From Octopus sinensis (lineage: Eukaryota), in contig NC_043008.1 of assembly GCF_006345805.1 (NCBI RefSeq), positions 19,344,001 to 19,408,000 of the forward strand: a DNA stretch of 64,000 bases, read 5' to 3'. Below the pieces are notes generated by a model. It was given only the letters and a program-made list of their open reading frames with translations. It had not been told where the DNA came from and did not search any database. The position numbers and the translations under genes are program-made. Positions 50,458 to 62,153 of this stretch are shown here, one piece after another; within the stretch, counting starts at the first letter, position 1; each line of letters starts with the position of its first letter.

Positions 50458-50950
50458 GAATGTATGTATAAATGCATGTACATATGTATATATATATGTA
50501 TGTATGTATGTACATATGTATATATGTATGCATGTATGTATGTATGTAAGAATGTATGTATAAATGCATGTACATATGTATATATGTATGTATGTATGTA
50601 CATATGTATATATGTATGCATGTATGTATGTATGCATGTATGTACATATGTATGTATGCATGAATGTATGTAAGAATGTTTGCATGTATGTACGTACGTA
50701 TGTATGAATGTATGCTTGTACGTATGTTTGTATGTGTGTATGAATGTATGTATTCATGTATGCATGCATGTATGTATGTATGTATGTATGATGTATGTAT
50801 GTACGTATGTATGTATGCATGCATGCATACATGTATGTATGTATGTATGTATGTATGTATGTATGTATGTATGTATGTATGCATGCATACATGTATGTAT
50901 GTATGTATGTATGTATGTATGTATGTATGTATGTATGTATGTATGTATGC
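50385..50950. repeat. (TATG)n tetranucleotide array
   Basis: Directly visible. Confidence 0.98.
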
Positions 50951-51380
50951 GCGGGGACATAGAAATAATCGGACTGAATACCCGATCGCGCGGTTAAAGC
51001 ATTGGGAGTGAAGGACTCCTAGCCTTTGTTAGTGCATCCTTCTAGGAGAAGGTAACTCAGGTAACTGGGATAACTCCGACATAAAACCTGCGGCTCAGTG
51101 GTTACCGATGATGATGACTTGTTCTTCTTTCCGGATTATGGCTGCTGTTGCTTAGTGAGTGGGGTTGACTCAGTGCACAGCCTTTCCTCACTTTAAAAAT
51201 AATCTGCTTGCACGGGCATTGCACGATAGCAACATTGTTTGTGATTGATGGTACTGTGAGTCTCAATTGAATGGTTGGCTGTAGCCTTAAAAAGCAAATA
51301 AAAGTCACATTCGATCACAGCACCAATAACAGTTAAGCTTTGTGCAATGGCCATACTCGATAATGAGGGGACAGCCATCA
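50950..51380. mobile_element. Unclassified repeat of about 430 bp embedded in (TATG)n
   Basis: Its last roughly 70 bp recur at 62005-62072; no ORF; several hairpins; orientation unresolved. Confidence 0.55.
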
Positions 51381-52320
51381 TGTATGTATGTATGTATGTA
51401 TGTAGTATGTATGTATGTATGTATGTATGCCTGTATGTATGTATGTATGTATGCATGTATATATGTATGCATGTATGTATGCATGTATGTATGTATGTAT
51501 GTATGTATGCATGTATGTATGTATGTATGTATGTATGTATGTATGCATGTATGTATGTATGTATGTATGTATGCATGTATGTATGTATGTATGTATGTAT
51601 GTATGCATGTATGTATGTATGTATGTATGCATGTATGCATGTATGTATGCATGTATGTATGTATGTATGTATGTATGTATGCATGTATGTATGTATGTAT
51701 GTATGTATGTATGCATGTATGTATGTATGCATGTATGTATGCATGTATGTATGTATGCATGTATGTATGTATGAATGTATGCATGCATGTATGTATGCAT
51801 GTATGTATGCATGTATGTATGCATGTATGTATGTATGTATGTATGTATGCATGTATGTATGTATGTATGTATGTATGTATGTATGTATGCATGTATGTAT
51901 GTATGTATGTATGTATGTATGTATGCATGTATGTATGTATGTATGTATGTATGCATGTATGTATGTATGCATGTATATATGTATGTATGTATGTATGCAT
52001 GTATGTATGTATGCATGCATGTATGTATGTATGAATGTATGCATGCATGTATGTATGCATGTATGTATGCATGTATGTATGCATGTATGTATGTATGTAT
52101 GTATGTATGCATGTATGTATGTATGTATGTATGTATGCATGTATGTATGTATGTATGTATGCATGTATGTATGTATGTATGTATGTATGCATGTATGTAT
52201 GTATGTATGTATGTATGCATGTATGTATGCATGTATGTATGCATGTATGTATGTATGCATGTATGTATGTATGTATGTATGTATGTATGCATGTATATAT
52301 GTACGTATTATGTATGTACA
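51381..52320. repeat. (TATG)n/(CATG) array
   Basis: Directly visible. Confidence 0.98.
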
Positions 52321-52401
52321 TGTGCAGATTTGTATGTTTTGCTTTATGTATGTCTTCTCATGCATATACTTGCATATCTAGACATGTTCACCTATAAATA
52401 T

Positions 52402-53275
52402 TTAAATGATAAACGTCTGGAAAATGTTATAGATTTTTACAGTTTCTGCGATGGATTTGATCTGTAGTCTTCGAATTAGCTGTCTCCTTTCCGGTTTTGA
52501 GAAGCCTAATTTCTCAAGATTGGTATTTAGGCAGTGCTACACATCCCTCGGCCCTAATAATTACAGATATAAACCTGAACTTGTAATATGGATAGAGTAA
52601 GTGCAGATTTCTCAATAGTTCAGCGTAGGTGTTCTCTTTTTCACTGATGTTTAGTTTTAAGTTAACATCCGCTGGGCAGCAAATTCCCACAACTTTGCAC
52701 AGTTTCTCTTCTCTATGCCAAACCATTATATCAAACCTGTTGTGCTTACATTTTATTGCGGCCTTCCCTGGGACATTCCACTTGTACTCTTTTTATTACG
52801 AGTAGCTATGGCTTTCATCATACTGTGGGTTCGTATTTCTGTGTCCTTGGGTTTATTCTTCCGACGGATCTTGTTATACAGGGTCCTCGCTAGAACATCA
52901 TGTCTCATCGGTAGATAATACCGATGTGACATTTTCGAACGACTGCTTATGATGTGGGGAAATAATCTTCGGTGTTAACTCCACAAAGTCTGCATCGGTT
53001 GACACATTTTACTGTTTTTCCTGCATCTCTATCCCTTTTGTGCGTCAGATACTTGGTTACTTGGTCGATATTTCCTGTTCCTGGATTGCAAACGCATACC
53101 CTTCAATGTGGGAGGTAGTAATCCGGCTACTGGTTCATGGTAGACTACTTTGATGATCAATGTTACTATCTTCTCGGAGCTTTCTATCAACATATCCATG
53201 CATAACATTCTGCTCATACAGGCTCATCCTTTCATCTGATGATGCGTTGTGGTGGAGTCGTGCGACGTCTTTGGA
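52402..53275 (-). mobile_element. 3' fragment of an R4/Dong-like non-LTR retrotransposon (zinc knuckle plus restriction-like endonuclease)
   Basis: MHGYVDRK; TSHIEGYAFAIQEQEISTK; CRLCGVNTED..HIISS; MRHD; HNRFDIMVW..CCPAD..EKENTY; LEKLGF..LQIKSI; stops and frameshifts present. Confidence 0.85.
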
Positions 53276-53277
53276 CA

Positions 53278-53518
53278 TTTATGTATGTATGTATGTATGT
53301 GTGTATGTATGTGTGTATGTATGTATGTAGTATGTATGTATGTATGTGTGTGTGTGTATGCATGTAAGCACGTATGTATGTGTGTATGTTTGAGTGTGTA
53401 TGTATGCATGTATGCATGTTTGTATGTGTGTATGTATGACTGTATGTATGTGTGTGAGTGCATGTATGTGTGTGTATGTGTGTGTATATGTATGTACGTA
53501 TGTATGTATGTGTGTGTG

Positions 53519-53550
<32 letters not shown>

Positions 53551-53780
53551 TGTATGTATGTATGTATGTATGTATGTATGTATGTATGTATGTATGTATG
53601 TATGTATGCATGTATGTATGTATGTATGTATGTATGTATGCATGTATGCATGCATGTATGTATGTATGTATGTATGTATGTATGTATGTATGTATGTATG
53701 TATGTATGCATGTATGTATGTATGTATGTATGTATGTATGTATGTATGTATGTATGTGTGTATGTATGTATGTATGCATG

Positions 53781-53811
<31 letters not shown>

Positions 53812-55562
53812 GTGTGTATGTATGTATGCATGTATGTATGTATGTATGTATGTATGCGTGTATGTATGTATGTATGTATGTATGTATGTATGTATGTATG
53901 TGTGTGTGTATGCATGTATGCATGTATGTATGCATGTATGTATGTATGTATGTATGTATGTATGTATGTATGTATGCATGTATGTATGTATGTATGCATG
54001 TATGCATGTATGTATGTATGTATGCATGTATATATGTATGTATGCATGTATGTATGTATGTATGTATGTATGCATGTATGTATGTATGTATGTATGCATG
54101 TATGTATGTATGTATGCATGTATGTATGTATGTATGCATGTATGTATGTATGTATGTATGTATGTATGTATGTGTGTGTGTATGCATGTATGCATGTATG
54201 TATGTGTGTATGTATGTATGTATGCATGTATGTATGTATGTATGTATGTATGTATGTATGTATGTATGTATGCATGTATGTATGTAGTATGCATGTATGA
54301 TGTATGTGTGTATGTATGTATGTATGCATGTATGTATGTATGTAGGTATGTATGTATGTTATGATGATGTATGTATGTATGTATGCATGTATGTATGTAT
54401 GTATGTATGTATGTATGTATGCATGTATGTATGTATGTATGTAGTATGTATGCATGATGATGTATGTATGTATGTATGCATGTATGTATGTATGTATGTA
54501 TGTATGTATGTATGTATGCATGTATGTATGTATGTATGTATGTGTATGTATGTGTATGTATGTATGTATGTATGTATGTATGTATGTATGTATGTGTATG
54601 CATGTATGTATGTATGTATGTATGCATGTATGTATGTATGTATGCATGTATGTATGTATGTATGTATGTATGCATGTATGTATGTATGTATGTATGCATG
54701 TATGTATGTATGTATGTATGTATGTATGTATGCATGTATGTATGTATGTATGTATGCATGTATGTATGTATGTATGCATGTATGTATGTATGTATGTATG
54801 TATGTATGTATGTATGCATGTATGTATGTATGTATGTATGTATGTATGCATGTATGTATGTATGTATGTATGTATGTATGCATGTATGTATGTATGTAGT
54901 ATGTATGTATGTATGTATGTATGTATGTATGTATGTATGTATGTATGTATGTATGTATGCATGTATGTATGTATGTGTATGTATGTATGTATGCATGCAT
55001 GTATGTATGTATGTATGCATGTATGTATGTATGTATGTATGTATGTATGTATGTATGTATGTAGGTGTATGTATGCATGTATGCATGTATGCATGTATGT
55101 TGTATGTATGTATGTATGTATGTTTATGCATGTATGTATGTATGTATGTATGTATGTATGCATGTATGTATGTATGTATGATGCATGTATGTATGCATGT
55201 ATGTATGTATGTATGATGTATGTATGTATGTATGTATGCATGTATGTATGTATGTATGGTATGTATGTATGTATGCATGTATGTATGTATGTATGTATGT
55301 ATGTATGTATGCATGCATGTATGTATGTGGTATGTATGTATGCATGTATGTATGTATGTATGTATGTATGTATGTATGTATGCATGTATGTATGTATGTA
55401 TGTATGTATGTATGCATGTATGTATATATGTATGTATGTATGCATGTATGTATGTATGTATGTATGTATGTATGTATGTATGCATGTATGTATGTGTGTG
55501 TGTGTATGTTTGTATGTATGTATGTATGTATGTATGTATGTGTGTGTGTATGCATGTATGTA

Positions 55563-55593
<31 letters not shown>

Positions 55594-55884
55594 ATGTATG
55601 TATGTATGTGTGTGTGTATGTATGTATGTATGTATGTGTGTGTGTGTGTATGTATGTATGCATGTATGTATGTATGTATGTATGTATGCATGTATGTATG
55701 TATGTATGTATGTATGTATGTATGGTGTGTGTGTATGCATGTATGTATGTGTGTGTGTGTATGTATGTATGTATGTATGTATGTATGTATGTATGTATGT
55801 ATGTATGTATGTGTGTGTATGTATGTATGTATGTGGTGTGTGTGTATGTATGTATGCATGTATGTATGTATTTGTGTTTGTGTG

Positions 55885-55916
<32 letters not shown>

Positions 55917-56030
55917 TGTATGTATGTATGTATGTTTGTATGTATGTATGTGTGTGTGTATGTATGTATGTCTGTCTGTATGTATGTATGTATGTATGTA
56001 TGCATGTATGTATGTATTTGTGTTTGTGTG
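53278..56030. repeat. About 2.75-kb (TATG)n array with CATG and TGTG variants
   Basis: Directly visible; source of all long YIHT/CMYV ORFs. Confidence 0.98.
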
Positions 56031-56084
56031 TTTATGCATCTGCGTGTCTCTATTTCTTCACATATGCATGCTTTAGCTTTGATC

Positions 56085-56465
56085 TTTTGCTTGTTTGAGT
56101 CATTACACTACGGCCATGCTGGGGCAACGCTTTAATGAATTTTTTAGTCGAATGAATCGACCTCAGTACTTAATTTTTTTAAAAACCTGGTACTTATTTT
56201 ATCAGTCTCTGTTGCCGATCCGCTAAGTTACGGGGACGTAAACACACCTACACCGGTTGTCAAGCGATGGCGGGGCACAGACACACACACACACACATAC
56301 ACACGACTGGCTTCTTTCAGTTTCCGTCTACCAAATACACTTACAAGGCTTTGGTAAACCCGAGGCTATAATAGACGACACTTGCTCCAAATACCTCACA
56401 GAGGGATTGACCCCGACACCATGTTGTTAGGAAGCAAACTTCTTACCACACGGCTACGCCTGCAC
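56085..56465 (-). mobile_element. SINE family A (diverged)
   Basis: Core, (CA)n and head recognisable. Confidence 0.8.
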
Positions 56466-56469
56466 CCAT

Positions 56470-56720
56470 ACGAGGAAGTGGTGGTGCTGCAGAAAAGTTC
56501 TTGACTTTCGGTAAAAGAAAATGCAGGAGTTAATTATGATTTCATTCAACATATTCCCCTCTCAGATTCACGCATCTATTACAGCATTGCAACAGTCCTT
56601 CAGTTTTTCTAAACCCTGTAAAGAACTCGGAATGATGGGTCTCCAACCAGGCTTTCTGTGATCTCCTTAAAACCTGGAGCTTTTTAGCAACCTCCTTGTG
56701 CGCCCTAATGTTACCCGTCG
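56470..56720. mobile_element. Mariner-type terminal fragment
   Basis: ta|cgagg...gtgctgcagaaaagttct resembles mariner TIR starts; no partner end found. Confidence 0.45.
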
Positions 56721-57485
56721 CATGGTGAGTACTGTTAAGAATAAGCGTTTGCCACTGTTGTTAATATCTTACGTAGTTACAATAATTATAGATTTGTTTA
56801 ATTTATCCACAAAAGAATAAAATGAATACTAGTTCTCAAAATAAATATATTTATTGCATTAAAAAAGTTAAATAAGACAAATTTCTTATTTGTATATTTG
56901 CAATGATTATGTTATTAATAACAATAATACTGTTTAGTTAGCAATAAATTACAGATGTAACATACTGAAGTTCTGCAGTCCGTATTAAACAGTGTAACAT
57001 TTTTAGCGTCACCAAGCAACCAACAATGAGTTTCATAAGTATTGATGATGATGATGATGATGATAATGATGATGATGCTGATGGTTATGATGACGATGAT
57101 GATGATTATGGGAACAAGTAAAGGCTTTGTTGAATGGATAAGGTTGCTTAAAACCCACACTTCTGCTCTCTTCTTACACATTCGCGCATATGTAGAATCT
57201 TTCATTGCTTGAAACTCCCTTTTTCTTTTGCCCACTACTCTACCTCTTTTTCTGCTGTATATAAACTCTCTCTTCCATCAAATTCACATTGCCTTTACAG
57301 GAGTACGGTGTGCCACCCGCCAGGTGTCGAAGTAATTGTAGAGCAATATGAAATGAAGTGTTTGGCTCAAGAACACAACGCTCCGCCCGGTCTGGGAATC
57401 GAACCTACGATTGCAAGATCGTGGGTACAACCGCTCAAACAACAAAGCAGCGCGCCATTAATTTATCGATACTATAAATATAAAC

Positions 57486-57735
57486 CGTGGAGGCGCGTGG
57501 ATTAGTGGTTAGGGTGTTGAACTCATGATCGTAAGGTTGTGGTTTCAATTCCTGGACCGGGTGATGCGTTGTGTCCTTGAGCAAGATACTTCATTTCACG
57601 TTGATCCAGTTCAGTCAACTGGTAAAAATGAGTAATCCTGCGACGAACTGGGTCCCGTCCATGTGGGGAATTTCTACGCCACTGAAACCGGGAAACCGGC
57701 CCTTATCAGCCTGGCATGGCTAGAGAAGGAACTTT
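57486..57735 (+). mobile_element. tRNA-headed SINE (C-type core, B-type tail)
   Basis: gtggaggcgcgtggattagtgg head; ttgtgtccttgagcaagatac core; gaaaccgggaaaccggccct tail; similar copy at 60290-60495. Confidence 0.8.
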
Positions 57736-57865
57736 TTTGTTTTTTAATAAAAAGAAATGGTAAAGTGGAGCTTCGACGAGATTTGAACTCAGAACATAAG
57801 AAACAGGAACAAATATCATTAGAAATTTGGACTGAAGCTCTAACGATTCTGGCAATTCTCTGTCT

Positions 57866-57935
<70 letters not shown>

Positions 57936-57962
57936 TGAGTGTGTGTATGTGTGTGTGTGTGT
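57866..57962. repeat. (GT)n microsatellite
   Basis: Directly visible. Confidence 0.98.
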
Positions 57963-58431
57963 GTTTATAGATTATACGTTACACTGTAGCGATCATTTGA
58001 AGACATTTATGCTGTGTTTGTACGTTTATTCACCAGAGATATCGATACTTTCACTAATATGTGTCCACTTAAACACCAGGGATTTACACTAAGTAATGTC
58101 ATCGACAATCTCTCTCGTGAAATAGTCTCAGGAGATCTTAATATTCGAAAATTCAGTTATCGCAACAAGGTGACATTTGCAGGGAAAATCGATTTTTGTT
58201 GTTTCGCAGAACAACAGCTGGTCGAATCGACTGGGTATTAAATTATCGATCAAAGAGACAGAAGCTCGCATCCTATCACTGGAGCGGTAACTGGATCTTT
58301 GTTGAAAACATTTAACCCTTAAACCCCACCCCCGCTTATGTACTTGTAAATAAGCGTGATGTGTAATTTACAAACCGCTGTTGTAAGCAGTGGCACCACT
58401 GCATAATTAACGAATGTTTTATCACATTGTA

Positions 58432-58849
58432 GGGATCTTTTCGGTTTGAACGGCAGTTTTTTCTAGCGGTGTCATATGAAGTTGTCAACCATAATTTTGA
58501 CCCTAGAATCGATCTATTGCATTTCAATCTCTTTTAGGGTTAGGGTTAGGGGTGGGGGAAGGGTATCTTTTTTTCTTCACAAATGTAAATAAACCCAATG
58601 TGTTTCTTAAACGAGGGACATATTCATACGGCACAGAATGTTTTTCACCTCAATGGACGTCATTGATTGGTTGAAATTGCAGAAATTGAAGGAAAAAAAC
58701 AATAAATATCTTACAAACTATAGAATTTTCTCAATAAAGCCAAGAGAAAAAGATGTTTTATAAACACATTCTACCAGTATACGAAGTTTAAAATTTTTTA
58801 GTTACCTAGAAATTATGTTAAAAACTGCCGTTCAAACCGAAAAGATCCC
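58432..58849. mobile_element. Unclassified MITE: 29-bp perfect TIR, 6-bp TSD, internal (TTAGGG)n
   Basis: attgta|GGGATCTTTTCGGTTTGAACGGCAGTTTT ... AAAACTGCCGTTCAAACCGAAAAGATCCC|attgta. Confidence 0.92.
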
Positions 58850-59220
58850 ATTGTAGAGCTGAGTTGAAATCAAGCTGTCTAACTTGCTCTATGTACACTT
58901 CATCCCTTTTTTCATAGGACTCATAAGGGCAGATCTCAACCCGGTTTCCATTAGGTATAAGTAACTAAGATTATAACACTACCCCCATTGAACAGGATGC
59001 CCGTCCGTCGTAGGGTTAACTTATTGCTGGATCTTATTTACACCTGAATCGACTGGATCAACCTGAAGTGGAGTGTTTTGCTCAAGAACACAAAGAATTG
59101 CCCGATTCAGGATTCGAAACCAACATCCTAGGCCACACAACTTACCCCTACATGCACTGCATGAACTTTAAGGACAATATTGACAATAGACGAATAGGTG
59201 TCCCCACCTTGTTTGTTGTT

Positions 59221-59266
59221 ACCACAACGTTTCGGCTGATGTACTCTCCAGCCTTCATCAGGTGTT
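59221..59266 (-). ncRNA. Minimal type I hammerhead, family zeta, canonical core
   Basis: aacac-CTGATGA-A-GGCTG(gagagtacat)CAGCC-GAA-ACGT-T-gtggt. Confidence 0.8.
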
Positions 59267-59372
59267 CTGGTGGAATTTCGAACCTAACCCTTTATTTGAC
59301 TAATGGGCTACTCTGTTCTTATTTCTAAGGTATTTTTTGCTGATGTTATTATTATTATTTATTCAATTCACT

Positions 59373-59438
59373 AACTGGGATTGAACCCGGAATCTTGGGG
59401 CTAGTAGCCCGCTCTCATAACCACTACGCTATATACCC
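59373..59438 (-). promoter_or_regulatory. tRNA-derived internal Pol III promoter (SINE-like head), not an intact tRNA
   Basis: A-box TAGCGTAGTGG, B-box GGTTCAATCC, followed by (AAT)n; the acceptor stem does not close. Confidence 0.65.
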
Positions 59439-59546
59439 GTGGGCATATAGCGTCTGTAACAAAGGCAGCAGTGAACGAGAGAAGGAGCAGCAGAGAGAGG
59501 TAGTATAGTCTTGGGTAGTATAGGGTTGTGTTCGAAATTTCACTAG

Positions 59547-59592
59547 GACACCTGATAAAGGCTGGAGAGTACACCAGCCGAAACGTTGTGGT
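59547..59592 (+). ncRNA. Hammerhead family zeta mirror copy, G8>A, probably inactive
   Basis: CTGATAA core (C3 opposite A8), remainder as in 59221-59266. Confidence 0.65.
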
Positions 59593-59714
59593 AACAACAA
59601 ACGGGGTTAAGACACCTATCCGTTCAATGTAATTGATGTACATAATTCCTCATCTCTAAAATACAGAACAGCGTGAACTTTAAGGATTTTAGAAAAGTTT
59701 TCCAATAACGCTAT

Positions 59715-59957
59715 ACTCTCCTTACTCTTTTACTTGTTTCAGTCATTTGACTGCGGCCATGCTGGAGCACCGCCTTTAATCGAGCAACTCGACCCCGGGA
59801 CTTATACTTTTTTGTAAGCCCAGTACTTATTCTATCGGTCTCTTTTGCCGAACCACTAAGTGACGGCGACGTAAGCACACCAGCATTGGTTGTCAAGCGA
59901 TGTTGGGGGGGACACAGACACACAAACACACACACGCATATAATATATATATATATA

Positions 59958-60016
<59 letters not shown>

Positions 60017-60220
60017 TATATATATATACAATATATATATATATACATATACATATATACGACGGGTTTTCAGTTTCCGTCTACCAAATCCACTCACAAG
60101 GCTTGGTCGGCCCGAGGCTATAGTAGAAGACACTTGCCCAAGGTGCCACGCAGTGGGACTGAACCCGGAACCATGTGGTTGGTAAACAAGCTATTTACCA
60201 CACAGCCACTCCTGCGCTTA
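59715..60220 (-). mobile_element. SINE family A with long internal (AT)n
   Basis: Near-consensus full-length copy. Confidence 0.92.
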
Positions 60221-60569
60221 TGAGACCCATGCTCATAAAAACAATTTTCCTTTTAGAGGAAGAGAACTCTGAAACGGTGACACTCATCCTCATCCCAAGA
60301 CGATTCGGTTTCGATTCCTGGACCGGGCGATGCATTGTGTTCTTGAGCAAAACACTTCATTTCACGTTGTTCCAGTCCACTCAGCTGGCAAGTATTCCTG
60401 CGACGGACCGGCGTCCCGTCCTGGTGGGGAGTTTCTACGCTACTGAAGCCGGGAAACCGGCCCTTATGAGCCTGGTATGGCTCGAGAAGGAACATTTCTT
60501 TTTTTTTTTTGTGTTGTATAGTGAAATAGTTTGATAAAATTTGAAAGTATGTCACAGGATTTGTTAACT

Positions 60570-60879
60570 TAGCCTCGGGTCGACCAAAGCCTTGTGAGTG
60601 GATTTGGTAGACGGAAACTGAAAGAAGCCCGTCGTATATATGTATATATATGTATGTGTGTGTGTCTGTGTTTGTCCCCCTAGCATTGCTTGACATCCGA
60701 TGCTGGTGTGTTTATGTCCCCGTTACTTAGCGGTTCGGCAAAAGAGACCGATAGAATAAGTACCGGGCTTACAAAAGAATAAGTCCCGGGATCGAGTTGC
60801 TCGATTAAAGGCGGTGCTCCAGCATGGCCGCAGTCAAATGACTTAAACAAGTAAAAGAGTAAAAGAGAGTAAAGAGTAC

Positions 60880-60880
<1 letters not shown>
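60570..60880 (+). mobile_element. 5'-truncated SINE family A
   Basis: Starts at agcctcgggtcgaccaaagcc; tail (aaagagt)n. Confidence 0.9.
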
Positions 60881-60917
<37 letters not shown>

Positions 60918-61305
60918 TGTGTGTAATGTATATATGTATATATGTATATATGTATGAATGTATGCCGTCTAATAATCCATATATCAGAAAAAAAATGCGT
61001 TTGTATATTTGTCAGTAGAGTGAGTATATTAATCGAAGTGTACAGTACTATAAATCCATAACGGCCGATCTTACCGATCGGTTTCGCGCTAGGCGTTCAA
61101 AGGAGTGTAAGGTAACAGTCCGATTATGTAACTCTGCGCTCCTTAGAGATGATAGCTATAGAATGAAAGATGGTCATATTTCATTCCATAACTGCTATCT
61201 CTGTATGTATGTTATACAGCCATGTACGTGTGTGTGTGTATCTATGAACGTTTGCTTGTATTTATTTGTGATATGTGTGTGCATATATATATATATATAT
61301 ATGCA

Positions 61306-61593
61306 TGTATAAAATTTAGAGAAAACCCTCTATTAAACAATTCAATAGTGAAAGACGTGATTCACACCATATAGAAAAAGTTAAATATACTACAGAAAAC
61401 ATTAATCTAAAAATCAATAGAGTACATAAACTATAAATAGTAAATAGAACTAATGCGCATAGTCTATTTACTATTTATAGTAAATTGTACTTTATTGATT
61501 TTCTATAGTATATTTAACTTTCTCTATATGGTGTGAATAACGTCTTTCACTATTGAATTGTTTAATAGAGGTTTTTCTCAAAATTTTATACAT
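61306..61593. repeat. AT-rich palindrome, arms of about 140 bp, almost no spacer
   Basis: Centred on tgcgca near 61455; arms differ by substitutions and a roughly 12-bp indel. Confidence 0.9.
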
Positions 61594-61668
61594 ATATATA
61601 TATATTGTGAAATTTGATTTAGAATTGCTAAATTGAATTTTTCCCTGTAAGTTTGGAATTATATTCCC

Positions 61669-61712
<44 letters not shown>

Positions 61713-61724
61713 TAGTATTATTAT

Positions 61725-61756
<32 letters not shown>

Positions 61757-61859
61757 TATAACGGGAAGCTTTATGAAATAGACAAAAGACGAAGGCAGGT
61801 GGAAAACAAACAAACAATTGTATTAGTATGGCGCTCAGGAAATATAAATGTATATATAT

Positions 61860-61907
<48 letters not shown>

Positions 61908-62083
61908 CATGTATGTATGTATGCATGTATGTATGTATGTATTTATGAATGTATGTATGTATGTATGTATGTATATATATATATATATATAATATATATA
62001 TACTTCGATCACAGCACCAGTAACAGTTAAGCTTCTGGCAATGGCCATACTCGATAACGAGGGGGCAGCCATAATATATATAT

Positions 62084-62153
<70 letters not shown>

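Larger units (their letters stand above)
59175..59673. mobile_element. TSD-flanked unit: inverted hammerhead-bearing arms around a tRNA-like head
   Basis: 13-bp direct repeat tgaactttaagga at 59162-59174 and 59674-59686; arms about 59190-59290 and 59523-59622. Confidence 0.8.

Noticed and set aside
50275-56135. Very long ORFs (up to 935 aa) in several frames
   Set aside because: Translations of (TATG)n, which lacks stop codons in these frames; the same applies to the YIYI/HTHT ORFs at 165-929 and elsewhere
58534-58552. Interstitial telomere or chromosome-fusion scar
   Set aside because: Only about three TTAGGG units, lying inside a TIR-bounded MITE
59373-59438. Genuine tRNA gene
   Set aside because: A and B boxes are present but the cloverleaf acceptor stem does not form; the same holds for all SINE heads, so no tRNA genes were called
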